NCBI GenBank assembly: GCA_016929435.1
Contig: JAFGIV010000026.1
Location: forward strand, 30,097 to 94,096
Source of the DNA: Candidatus Uhrbacteria bacterium
GTDB lineage: Bacteria; Patescibacteriota; Patescibacteriia; SG8-24
DNA: 64,000 nt
Direction: 5' to 3'
Part shown: in pieces, positions 20,203-29,268 of the stretch
Layout: every line of letters begins with the position of its first letter
Numbering within the stretch: position 1 is the stretch's first letter
Notes under the pieces: model-generated
Databases searched by the model: none
Seen by the model: the letters and a program-made list of their open reading frames with translations, nothing else
What the model was told of the DNA's origin: nothing
Made by a program: the position numbers and the translations under genes

Positions 20203-21081
20203 TCAAACGATTTCCGTTCCTATGGGTTTAGGATTGAATATGTAATATTTACAAGCATATTTTAGATATTCCCCAAGTTCATCCAGGTCAATATTTCCTT
20301 TTGTGACATCGTCGGGATAAATGCTGATTATTAGTTTGTCGCATACTGTTTTTTGTTGAACGGCAAATATAAAAGTTCTAATTATGTAATGAACGGAGGT
20401 TTTTCGCGTTAAATTAGTGGCCCTACCATGTCCAGTATTTATTAACGGAATAGTGATGACGTCATCTTTTTCGGCGTCATTCGATAAACTTTCCCACAAT
20501 CCACCGAGGGATGACAAAAAATCATTATTATCAGAAGTACTTCTGTTTTGTAGATTTTTATATGAATTTGCCAATAGATAAAATTTCTTATTTTTTTGTT
20601 CAATTTCTACCATTGACCCAATTGGGTATTTTCCATCGTCACCCCGCAGAAGATCTTTTTTTTGATTTATGTCAGTTATGAGGTGTTCAACTTGCGATGA
20701 ATAGTACCGACAAATAAGTTCATTTAGTATGCTTGGGTTTTTCGCTTTTATAATGTTTCCTCCTTGTGACGGATCAAATTCATTATTGATGGGCACAACA
20801 AGAGCACCTTTATTTTTGTGGGCATTACCAACTTTTATTTCAATCCAAACATCTTTCCCGTCTATTTTAGATCTAAACGTTGATGGAGGCCGTCTGACTA
20901 TTAATACAACAATAAATACGAACACTAAAATAATAACGGTCAAATTTGTATTAATGTTTTTATCTATCCAATCGTGACTTAAATAATTTCCAACGTTAAT
21001 AATCAACCAGATCACGCCTATGGCTGCCAGTGAGGAGTGGGAGATTAATGACAATCTTTTTGACCATCTTTTGCAGTTCAT
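20203..21081 (-). CDS. Membrane-anchored (2 TM) macro-like domain protein; candidate Thoeris-II ThsA-like effector
   Basis: Two N-terminal hydrophobic helices. Downstream the pattern ALVVPINNEF..GGNI (macro Gly-rich loop-like), a central beta strand, then TIPLINTGHGRATN (second phosphate-binding loop-like) matches macro-domain topology. Very AT-rich. A 1-nt gap separates it from the TIR gene. Confidence 0.45.
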   Translation of the reverse strand: MNCKRWSKRLSLISHSSLAAIGVIWLIINVGNYLSHDWIDKNINTNLTVIILVFVFIVVLIVRRPPSTFRSKIDGKDVWIEIKVGNAHKNKGALVVPINNEFDPSQGGNIIKAKNPSILNELICRYYSSQVEHLITDINQKKDLLRGDDGKYPIGSMVEIEQKNKKFYLLANSYKNLQNRSTSDNNDFLSSLGGLWESLSNDAEKDDVITIPLINTGHGRATNLTRKTSVHYIIRTFIFAVQQKTVCDKLIISIYPDDVTKGNIDLDELGEYLKYACKYYIFNPKPIGTEIV

Positions 21082-21082
21082 A

Positions 21083-21586
21083 CTATAGACCTAAACTGCC
21101 ATATACCTGATTTCCATAATAATAGTCTCCGCTTTTTCCTTCAGCTTTGAGTCTGTAATGTTCGTTCACCCAACTATTTATCGCTCGCCCCAGTATTTTT
21201 TGGTTAAAACTAACATGCATGGTCAACACATCGTTTAAGATGGCCGGGCATCTGTCGACGTCTTTGCTCCGTTTCCCATTCAGATTAACCACTACTATCG
21301 GCAAATTTCTATTTATCGCTTGTTCAATTTCCCATCTAACAAATTTATAAAGATATTTTGTGTTTTCTCCGACAAGCAAAACAAAAAGCTTGGCATTATC
21401 AAATCTTTCCCGCAGCTTCGCTTTTATTGTTTCTTCTTGTGAATCGCCCATCAGTTTATTCAAATCATGGGCGTTATGGAAATCGAATGTCGTATTTTCA
21501 CTTTCCTTCCATGCTTGCATCAACCTGTAATAGTGAATATCATTGTCGGCGTCAAAAGCCACGTATGTCTTATTTGCGTAGGCCAT
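21083..21586 (-). CDS. TIR-like domain protein (ThsB/DUF1863-like)
   Basis: N-terminal KTYVAFDADND..YY (FxSxxxxD-like strand A) and LFVLLVGENTKYLYKFVRWEIEQAI (SxW..WEI catalytic-Glu motif) match the bacterial TIR/ThsB pattern. AT-rich. Confidence 0.5.
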   Translation of the reverse strand: MAYANKTYVAFDADNDIHYYRLMQAWKESENTTFDFHNAHDLNKLMGDSQEETIKAKLRERFDNAKLFVLLVGENTKYLYKFVRWEIEQAINRNLPIVVVNLNGKRSKDVDRCPAILNDVLTMHVSFNQKILGRAINSWVNEHYRLKAEGKSGDYYYGNQVYGSLGL

Positions 21587-21643
21587 AGGTATTCTGATGA
21601 GAAATTATTAGCTGATATTCCTGTGCAGAATCTAATCGGCGTT

Positions 21644-23656
21644 TCATAAGTCGTTAATCCGTACCCCAATTTTTTTGGTTTCATCGGTTATAAGTGCGGC
21701 CGTGTTTAGTGCACTGTTTGTTAATCTATCTTTTCTGAGTTTCAGACGGTCATTGATGAAACGATGACGTAATTCAAATTCACTAAAAATCTCGCTCCAT
21801 TTTTTAACGTAAACCTTGTAATTATCGCAATTGAATATAAGACCATTGTGTTTTTCGCCGTGTGGTTTTGCACTCTCCGTTTCTCTTTCGATATATCCTC
21901 TAGAATCAAAAACGGTTCCAATTAGGATAAAGCGCCACATGGACTTTCTGGAATTGAATCTGGGCTCGTTGATTACTACTTCCATGTATCTTTTAATCTG
22001 TGAGACTTCTTTTTCGCCAATTTTTACAGAAGGTTTTTTGAGTTCAATTATAATATTGTCAATAGTATCATCCGTATTATAATTTTGACGACAGAGGAAG
22101 ATGTCCATTTCCTTGTTTTTGTCTGGGTCGTTCATTTTTGAATCGTTGTTATCACTATTGAGCATGTGCTGATAACTCCTAAGGGCAGATTCAAAATCCG
22201 CTTCGGTGGTACATACTAAATTGTACTGTTCTCCGAATAGCCAATAATTGTCGTCTATTATTTTTTGTAGATGATCCCTTTCATTTGCTGATAGAGTTTC
22301 ATTAAAGACGATTTGTTTAAGATATTCCACGGCCGAATAACGATCCGCTACGAGCTTCCCCATTTTGATAATGTTGGAAAGCTCTGTGGCTTCAAGGAGT
22401 TTTTTCAATAGGATTTTATCGTCTCGGTCAAGTTCTAAGACACTGTCTAGAATTGGCAATATCTGCTCTCTTTCATCAGAATCCAGCAACGCATTCAACA
22501 TCCGCATTATTGTCTTTCTTTGACCAGGACTTGCGGCAGTGAACACCTGTGGCTGAATCTTGCAGACGCCCTCAACGACATTTTCTAGATGCTCTTCTCT
22601 TAGCTGGTCCCATGGTGAATCTGAAAAAGTCGGAAATGTACCCTCATCCTTAAGTTTCTTGACGACTTCTGTGGCGTGCTCTACAAGAAACGGTTTTCGT
22701 TTTTTCCGAAGATATTTTCTCATTTCGGACATTAGAAACTTGTATTCGTCATCGTTTCTTGAATGTCCGATAAGTGAGTCTTGGCCTTCAGGCTGGTCGG
22801 GATTGTAACGGAAGTCGTTAAAAAAATCACTTTGTACGTAAATGCTGTGATAGAAACCGTCACCTTTCTTATTTAATTTTGTAGTGTCTTTCCAAACCTC
22901 TTTCGAATGGCTGTTGAGTAGATAATATCTTGAATACTCATTTTGCAACTGTAATGACCACTGTATGTAATTGACTTTGAACCTGGTGCCTGATTCAGCA
23001 TGAACAAAATCAATACAATCCCTATCATTAATTACTTCATCGTATTTGAGCGCCTCGCCGTTAATATAGATTTTGAAATCCTTTGATTTGTAGAGTTCCA
23101 AGAACCAGCCGAACTCTTGCTTTAGGTATCTCTCTGTCTCTTCCGGAGAGAAATTAAAAATTGAATCAAACGTTACCGTGGTGCCTTTGGGCGCAGTCGT
23201 CTTTTTGGACTTTGTCTTCCCGCCCAAGTATTGGTTAGTTTTGTCATCCTCAATTTCTATTTCATATTCATAAACACCGTCCTGCTTTTCATATCTAGTT
23301 AGCCAGCGTGCTTTAGCAGAAAACGAAACAAAGGACAGTCTGCCTATGCCATTTTTACCATGAGTCAACGTTTTGTGCTGATCATCCCTGTTCTTTTTCT
23401 CAGATTCGTAAAACGGTTTAAATTTATGAGAAAGCTCTTCTTGGGGAATGCCGTTACCATTATCTGATATCATGATTCTACTTATATTTCCGATAATATT
23501 TACCCCCTCATAATTTATGTGGACTTCTGAGGCATTGGCGTCAAATCCATTCCAAATGTATTCCGCGATCGCTTGATACGGTTTAAATTTACCGACGATC
23601 TCCTTTACGCCCTTATCGCCAATCTCAATTGTCTCAAAATCTGCTGATAATGGCAT
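21644..23656 (-). CDS. GHKL-family ATPase (MORC/HATPase_c_3-like) with C-terminal restriction-endonuclease-like region
   Basis: Bergerat-fold motifs: N-box EYIWNGFDANASE (ExxxNxxDA), G1 ISDNGNGIP, G2 HGKNGIGRLS. The C-terminal third carries a D...E-L-K arrangement (MDIFLC...IIIELKKP). The start at 23656 lies 4 nt after the mod stop; the track's alternative start at 23710 would overlap mod. Confidence 0.7.
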   Translation of the reverse strand: MPLSADFETIEIGDKGVKEIVGKFKPYQAIAEYIWNGFDANASEVHINYEGVNIIGNISRIMISDNGNGIPQEELSHKFKPFYESEKKNRDDQHKTLTHGKNGIGRLSFVSFSAKARWLTRYEKQDGVYEYEIEIEDDKTNQYLGGKTKSKKTTAPKGTTVTFDSIFNFSPEETERYLKQEFGWFLELYKSKDFKIYINGEALKYDEVINDRDCIDFVHAESGTRFKVNYIQWSLQLQNEYSRYYLLNSHSKEVWKDTTKLNKKGDGFYHSIYVQSDFFNDFRYNPDQPEGQDSLIGHSRNDDEYKFLMSEMRKYLRKKRKPFLVEHATEVVKKLKDEGTFPTFSDSPWDQLREEHLENVVEGVCKIQPQVFTAASPGQRKTIMRMLNALLDSDEREQILPILDSVLELDRDDKILLKKLLEATELSNIIKMGKLVADRYSAVEYLKQIVFNETLSANERDHLQKIIDDNYWLFGEQYNLVCTTEADFESALRSYQHMLNSDNNDSKMNDPDKNKEMDIFLCRQNYNTDDTIDNIIIELKKPSVKIGEKEVSQIKRYMEVVINEPRFNSRKSMWRFILIGTVFDSRGYIERETESAKPHGEKHNGLIFNCDNYKVYVKKWSEIFSEFELRHRFINDRLKLRKDRLTNSALNTAALITDETKKIGVRINDL

Positions 23657-23660
23657 ATCC

Positions 23661-25556
23661 CTACACGCACTCCACCCCCACCCCAACCGATTCCGCCTGG
23701 AGTAGGGCATTGGTCTTTAGCTGGTCATCGCCGCCGAAGGCGGTGTCCAGGCAGATGATCTTTTCCGGCTTGGCGGCTAGGATCTCGTCGAACATCTTCT
23801 TGGTAATCTTATCCGCCAAGCAGACGGCCAGCTTGCCGCCGTCAACGGAATAGTAGTCGATCCTGTCGGCCTTTTTCCTCTCGATCGGCACGTTCAGGTC
23901 CAGGCCGGATTTCAGGATCAGCTCGTAGAGGACATTCTCCTGGGTTGCGCCCTTCTCAAGGTTGTCCCTGAATATCTCCATCTGTTCCAGCAGTTCCTCC
24001 TCCGTCCGGATATCCTGGTTCCAGATCTTGAAGTTGCTTTTCTCCAGCCGGAAAGCCTTAAACCCGATATCCAGCCTCTTCCCGGTCTCCTTATCCGCCA
24101 GCTCACTGACCACCTTCTTCCCGGCCCGCCGAATCCGCTCCTTGGTGATGTCGGCTATCGTCCTGAACCCGGCCTTATGGGCCTCACTGCTCTCGTCCGT
24201 CTCTTCCGGCAGCTGAATGGAGATGCACTTGCGGTTCCCGCCGTCCTCGGCGTTCAGGGCTATGACGGCATGGGCGGTCGTGCCCGATCCGGCGAAGAAG
24301 TCGAGAATCGTATCGTCTTGTTTGCAAGCCAGCTGAATCGCTTTTTTGATAATGCCAGTTGGTTTAGGATTATCAAAAATTCCTTTTCCCACAATGTCCG
24401 CCAATTCTTCGTTGGAAGCATGGGTGTGTCCGACCTCATCAAAACTCCAAACATCTCCAGCGACACGCTCGTCTGGGAGTTCGGCCAAATAAGTTTTTAC
24501 AGATGGGGTTGTTTTCAAGTCTTTTCCAAACCAAAGTCTATTTTCTTCTTCCAGCCTCTTTAGCGTATTTTGACTATAGCGGGGAAATCTCCCCTGGGGT
24601 GCTTTCCAAGTAACTCCATTTTTGAATCTAAAAACATAGCTCTGACCATGACCACTTTTTGCGTGCAGTGGGGTTGCTTTCCATGGACCACGAGTATCAT
24701 CGTCTGGGTTTGTATATCTGTCATTCATTTCTGCGGTTCTTGGTAATCTCAAATCACGAAGATCATCCTTATTTTTGGCAAACAACAAAACATACTCATG
24801 TTGTTTAGATAAATACTTAGTATCATTCGCTACCGTATATTTACTATGCCAGACTATTTCCGTCACAAAATTATTTTCTCCAAACACTTCATTCATCGCC
24901 ATCCTCAAATTGTGAACCTCATGATCATCGATACTCACGAAAATAACCCCATCCTGCCGCAGAAGGTTCCGGGCCAGGAAGAGGCGGGGATAGATCATGT
25001 TCAGCCAGTCGGAATGGTAATGCCCGCGATCGGCGGTGTTGCGGAACAGGCCGTCGGAGCGGCGATTGCCCTCCTCGTCCCTGATTCCGGCTTCCTTCTC
25101 ATATTCGGCCTTGTCCTGCCGGAAACTGTCGTTGTAGATGAAATCGTTCCCGGTGTTGTAGGGCGGATCGATGTAGATCATCTTCACCTTCCCGTAGTAG
25201 GACTTCTGCATGACCTTCAGGGCCTCCAGGTTGTCCCCCTCGATGAAGACGTTCCCGGTCTTGTCGAAATCGACCGATTCCTTCCGGTTCGGCTTGAGGG
25301 TGGCGGCGGTGGAGGACTGGATGGCCCGGAAGCAGCCGGTCTTGCCGTGCCAACTCAGGCCGTATCGCTCCGGTCCGGTTTCGGCCAAATCGCCCAGAGT
25401 CTTCTTCAGGCGGTCGCAATCCACCTGACCTTCGGTGAAAATTTCCGGGAATCGGGACTTGAGGGTTCCCAAAAGGTCGGCTTGGGGGTTCAGGGACCGG
25501 CTATCGATCTTTTTGATATTCTTGGCTTTCTTAAGCGGTTTTCTGGCGATGGTCAT
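23661..25556 (-). CDS. mod: Type III restriction-modification system Mod subunit (N6-adenine/N4-cytosine DNA methyltransferase)
   Basis: Motif IV IYIDPPYNTGNDF and motif I LDFFAGSGTTAHA in beta-class order, with a target-recognition region between them. Confidence 0.85.
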   Translation of the reverse strand: MTIARKPLKKAKNIKKIDSRSLNPQADLLGTLKSRFPEIFTEGQVDCDRLKKTLGDLAETGPERYGLSWHGKTGCFRAIQSSTAATLKPNRKESVDFDKTGNVFIEGDNLEALKVMQKSYYGKVKMIYIDPPYNTGNDFIYNDSFRQDKAEYEKEAGIRDEEGNRRSDGLFRNTADRGHYHSDWLNMIYPRLFLARNLLRQDGVIFVSIDDHEVHNLRMAMNEVFGENNFVTEIVWHSKYTVANDTKYLSKQHEYVLLFAKNKDDLRDLRLPRTAEMNDRYTNPDDDTRGPWKATPLHAKSGHGQSYVFRFKNGVTWKAPQGRFPRYSQNTLKRLEEENRLWFGKDLKTTPSVKTYLAELPDERVAGDVWSFDEVGHTHASNEELADIVGKGIFDNPKPTGIIKKAIQLACKQDDTILDFFAGSGTTAHAVIALNAEDGGNRKCISIQLPEETDESSEAHKAGFRTIADITKERIRRAGKKVVSELADKETGKRLDIGFKAFRLEKSNFKIWNQDIRTEEELLEQMEIFRDNLEKGATQENVLYELILKSGLDLNVPIERKKADRIDYYSVDGGKLAVCLADKITKKMFDEILAAKPEKIICLDTAFGGDDQLKTNALLQAESVGVGVECV

Positions 25557-25704
25557 AGGTGAGGCGGTTTTTAGGAGGGTGGGGGATTGGCAGATAATTT
25601 TACGATGCCTGTATTCTATCGATTTTTAGGCGCAAAAACAAGGGTGAAATTTGAGGAAAAATAGGGTGGATTGTTTACGGAAAATGGGGTAAGATTTTGA
25701 TGTT

Positions 25705-26082
25705 ATGACCTCAAAAACACCGAAACAACTGATGGCACTTCTCAAAGATAAACATTTCCTCCTTTTTGCGCTGGCAATGTTATTTATGATTTTACCCGGC
25801 ATTCCTGCATTTTATTTGTTCCACCGGGAGGAGTTTATGACGATAGATTGGATAAAATTGAGTCTCTTGTCTGCGGCACTTGAGTTACCTATGGTATTTT
25901 TGGGAATATTTATAATGCCGATTTTTTTTGACAACCAGACCGAAAAATCCAAAAAAGACGATTTCTTCTTTGAAGTCGCCTTTTCTGCCTTAAAGAATTT
26001 TTCGGCTTCAAAGAAATTTACTGTTTTGCCACCATCTGCATGGCAGCCATGGCGGTTTTCGCCGCCATCAAATCGTCTATAA
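25705..26082 (+). CDS. Small AT-rich membrane protein (hypothetical)
   Basis: 125 aa with 2-3 predicted TM helices. Its low GC matches the inserted cassette. Confidence 0.3.
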   Translation: MTSKTPKQLMALLKDKHFLLFALAMLFMILPGIPAFYLFHREEFMTIDWIKLSLLSAALELPMVFLGIFIMPIFFDNQTEKSKKDDFFFEVAFSALKNFSASKKFTVLPPSAWQPWRFSPPSNRL

Positions 26083-26153
26083 ATAAAAAAAATAGAATAA
26101 GCCCCATCCCTAATTCCAAACTTTGGAATCAAGAAACGAAGAGTGCCTAATTT

Positions 26154-26843
26154 ATGTCCTCCTTCAAATCCGTTGCCGTCCGTGTCTTGAAAAGGGCGGG
26201 GAAACCGCTGCACAGCAAGAAAATTACCGAGATTGCCCTCGGGAACGGCTGGCTGAAATCGAGCGGCGCTACGCCGTGGGCCACGATGAACGCCCTCCTG
26301 GTTACCGACGTGAATGCCCGAAAGGACAAATCGCCGTTTACCAAAATCGGACCGTCGATTTTCGGACTTAACGCCGAGTTTGTTACCGAGAAACCCGCCA
26401 AAAAATCGGCCTCGGCTCCGATGGACGAGGAATTCGTCAAGCACTCGATCATCAAGTACATCTCCTGCAAGGGGTGGGGCTCGTTCCAGTATGGCGGGTT
26501 GCACGAACACGGTGTCGATATCCGGGCCAAGCAGCAGCGGTATTCCCGATACCTGAACATCGAGACGAAGGGGACATCGGGAAAGGGCTCGGCCAACGAG
26601 ACGGGTTTCGTCTATGGTTTGGGTCAGATTGTCACCCGGATCAGGGACACCGGCAAGACCCGAAACTACTACGGTATCGGCCTGCCGGAATCCTCCGCCC
26701 GAATCGCCCGGCGCCGTTTGCCGTGGCAGGTGGCCAAGAAGCTGCTCCTGTTCGTCTATTCCGTTTCTGCCGACGGCGCGGTGGAGGAGTATTCGTGGAA
26801 AGAATTGAGGAACTCACAGAAGGAGAAAAAGTCCATCTTTTGA
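26154..26843 (+). CDS. HARE-HTH domain plus PD-(D/E)xK nuclease-fold protein (restriction-endonuclease-like)
   Basis: N-terminus KKITEIALGNGWLKSSGATPWATMNALLVTD resembles the HARE-HTH winged helix. A central HGVDIRA...YLNIETKG gives a D-x(n)-E-x-K nuclease motif. Confidence 0.5.
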   Translation: MSSFKSVAVRVLKRAGKPLHSKKITEIALGNGWLKSSGATPWATMNALLVTDVNARKDKSPFTKIGPSIFGLNAEFVTEKPAKKSASAPMDEEFVKHSIIKYISCKGWGSFQYGGLHEHGVDIRAKQQRYSRYLNIETKGTSGKGSANETGFVYGLGQIVTRIRDTGKTRNYYGIGLPESSARIARRRLPWQVAKKLLLFVYSVSADGAVEEYSWKELRNSQKEKKSIF

Positions 26844-26881
26844 AAATAGAACAAAAAAAAACGCCACCTCACTAAACCGAC

Positions 26882-26915
26882 AAAAAAACCACCCGACAGC
26901 GCGGGTGGTTTTTGA
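26882..26915. terminator. Bidirectional rho-independent terminator
   Basis: Inverted repeat accacccg(acagcg)cgggtggt followed by ttttt and preceded by an A-run, between convergent genes. Confidence 0.5.
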
Positions 26916-26932
26916 AAGACCTCCTTTCCACT

Positions 26933-27361
26933 CTACTTATTCAGTTTCAGTAGAGCTTCGCCAAAATAACTTCCGGTATCCCGGGCCTCTTCCCAAGACA
27001 CGTATTTTGTGCGGCCGGTAATACGGATCTTATCCGTCGCTACCCGATACGCCCAGTTTCCGGCCGAAATCTCTTTGGTGAATACCTGAATTTCCTTGTC
27101 GCCAAGGCTCAATTCAAACTCCCACCCCTCGTCTTGAGCCAGTATGACTCCGCGCTCACGGGCCGTCGGCTCGTCGGGCATGTCGTCAAGGATGGTGGTT
27201 ACGATTCCGTCATCCACCACCACCCTCCAGAGTCCGTTTTCCTGTCTGCTTGTGGAAATCAAAGGTTTCACGGGTTCAACCCCTCCATCTCTCCTCCTTT
27301 TGGGTTTTGATTGGAAAAGTCCAATTACCACCTTTTTACCATGTTTTATAAGGACGGTCAA
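26933..27361 (-). CDS. Hypothetical protein
   Basis: 142-aa ORF with plausible globular composition. No recognisable motifs. Confidence 0.35.
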   Translation of the reverse strand: MTVLIKHGKKVVIGLFQSKPKRRRDGGVEPVKPLISTSRQENGLWRVVVDDGIVTTILDDMPDEPTARERGVILAQDEGWEFELSLGDKEIQVFTKEISAGNWAYRVATDKIRITGRTKYVSWEEARDTGSYFGEALLKLNK

Positions 27362-27665
27362 GAATTGACATTGAAATTTTGGCTAAAATGAGCTAAAATA
27401 TTGACTTTAATTGCTATATCACACGTGGGGAACAGGAATAAGAATATTGGGGGGTGTTTCAACCACGCAAAACCGTTATGGGGACTCGTAAGGGACCAAA
27501 AGTCACGGATCACATGATTTAAGCCGGTCGGATAAAACTGTGGTGGCCACAATCTGAAACTACGGGATTCTATAAGTGATGGCCAGGACAACCATCCCGA
27601 GCGATATACCCAACTGACCCCAAAACCCCCGCTTAAGGCCGACAGGCTTATTAAGTGTCGTCTAA

Positions 27666-27680
27666 GGTGTAATGTGCGAC
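27666..27680 (+). repeat. 15-bp direct repeat ggtgtaatgtgcgac (left boundary of the putative integrated element; att/dif-like)
   Basis: Exact 15-mer recurs at 33849-33863. Flanking bases are partly similar (cgtctaa vs cgtaaac). Confidence 0.6.
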
Positions 27681-27778
27681 GCATGAGACACGTACGGTAA
27701 GGTTCCCCTCCCGTTCCGGCCTCCGGCCGGCGGGAAGATAAATTTTTAACCGCCGGGCGCCAGCCCGGAACAAGGGAT

Positions 27779-28027
27779 ATGGGATGTGCGGAAATCAAGA
27801 TATGGAGCTCGAGGGTTCGGGCCTTCCCCCTAGGGCAAAAGGTCTTCGTCAAGGGGTCGTCCTATACCGGCGAGCCGGTCGAGGTGGTCAGCAATCCGTT
27901 CCGGCTATCCGGGGACGACAGGATGAGGGCGTTTGTCCTCATTTCCAACCCGGAGGGCTATTCCGCCGTTGCCGTCCCCTGCTCCGGGCTGGAGCCGGTG
28001 GACTGGATCCCTTCCGGATCCTTATGA
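27779..28027 (+). CDS. Small hypothetical protein in element (possible ssDNA-binding, pV-like size)
   Basis: 82 aa, beta-rich composition. First gene after the left repeat. Confidence 0.2.
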   Translation: MGCAEIKIWSSRVRAFPLGQKVFVKGSSYTGEPVEVVSNPFRLSGDDRMRAFVLISNPEGYSAVAVPCSGLEPVDWIPSGSL

Positions 28028-28440
28028 TATGGCCGAACCGCTAAAGATATCCGAACCGTCCCCGATCACCGCCTCCACGCTATCGCTCCTCGTCCGAAGG
28101 CTCTCGGCGGCCGTGTCGGATAAGCACGGAATCTTTGAGGTGGATATCGATTCGGGAAACGGACAGTGGAAAATAATCTTTCAGAGGATAATCAAGTGAA
28201 ACGTATGGACATATCAGGCTATCAGATCCCCAACCTGAACAACGCTCCCCTTTCGGAGACGGCGGCCTTGGCGCGTGAGATAGCGTGCGCCTTCGGCGAG
28301 CCCCATAGGGTCGGGATGTACGTCGCCGCCGTCCGGCGGATGGGCGGGCCGGCCGAGGCGAGACGGCACTACCGGGAGATCTGCGCCGACGGGGCGAGGG
28401 ACTGCGCCAAAGTTTTCATGTGGCGGTCGAGGAAAAACAG

Positions 28441-28570
28441 ATGAATATGGAATGGACACCGCAACTCACGGAGTTCACCAAAGCAGACCTGTTGGCGGCC
28501 TTGATCTGGCTGTCGGGCTTCGTCATGTATGCCCTGATAGGCCTTTGGCCCGGACACGAATCTAGATAAG
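28441..28570 (+). CDS. Small membrane protein (43 aa), paralog of 32912-33052
   Basis: MNMEWTPQLTEFTKADL... followed by a TM helix. The N-terminus is shared with MMQWAPKLTEFTHVD... at 32912. Confidence 0.3.
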
Positions 28571-28676
28571 CGTATGTTCGACTCCGGAATGGTGATCATG
28601 GCGATCGGAATAAAGATAGCCGGGATATGGTGGTCGTTTCAGGTGATTTGGGCCCTGGTTCGGGGCGCCTTCTGAT

Positions 28677-28991
28677 ATGGTCTTCCTCCTCCTGGTCGCC
28701 GCCGGGGTCGCGCTGCTGTCCTTCGCGATAGGGCTGTTTCCCTGCGGGGTGGTCGATACGGCCGCGGGCTGCGAAACCGCCTTCCTCCCGCTGCCCGACG
28801 CGATATTGGAGGGGCTGGAATCGGTCGCCGGTACCGTGAAATGGCTGGTTTCGCTCTCCGGACAGGGCATATCCGGGGCCCTAATCGGGGCGATATCGGC
28901 TTCCGTGACGCTGGCGACCGTCCTGCTCATCTGGAAGGCCCTTTCGAGGGCCGATAAAAACATCCCGATAATCCGAAGATGGATCAAATGA
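28677..28991 (+). CDS. Small polytopic membrane protein (element-encoded)
   Basis: 104 aa with three hydrophobic helices. Confidence 0.35.
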   Translation: MVFLLLVAAGVALLSFAIGLFPCGVVDTAAGCETAFLPLPDAILEGLESVAGTVKWLVSLSGQGISGALIGAISASVTLATVLLIWKALSRADKNIPIIRRWIK

Positions 28992-29268
28992 AAGCCTATG
29001 ACGACATTGGAGATAATAGAGCTGTGCCCCGCATGGTGGGCCGTATGCGCCGTGATGGGGTTGCTCCTAAGGATGGTCTGCGGCGGCGGCCGGTGGCTAT
29101 GTAGGCTGTCGCACCGCAGATAGGGACCTCCCGCGGGAGGCCCCCCGTCCCGCGCCCCCTTCGGGCGCAAGCCCGGAGGCGCGGGACGGGGACGACACGG
29201 CACCCGGGACTTGGTCATCCCGCTTTCCGGCCCCTAAATTAAGCCTTAACCGAAAAAGACCAACCACG

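Noticed and set aside
27362-27665. Roughly 300-bp non-coding region left of the element, examined for a tRNA, tmRNA or RNase P RNA that could serve as attB
   Set aside because: No T-loop (GTTCRANYC) or acceptor/anticodon stem pattern, no tmRNA termini, and no RNase P CR-I/CR-IV-like blocks were recognisable on either strand. Called intergenic.
28562-29218. 218-aa minus-strand ORF across the small-gene region of the element
   Set aside because: Pro/Ala/Ser-rich with no TM or motifs. The + strand holds a coherent series of small membrane-protein ORFs in phage-like order. Kept as unlikely, but not strictly excluded.
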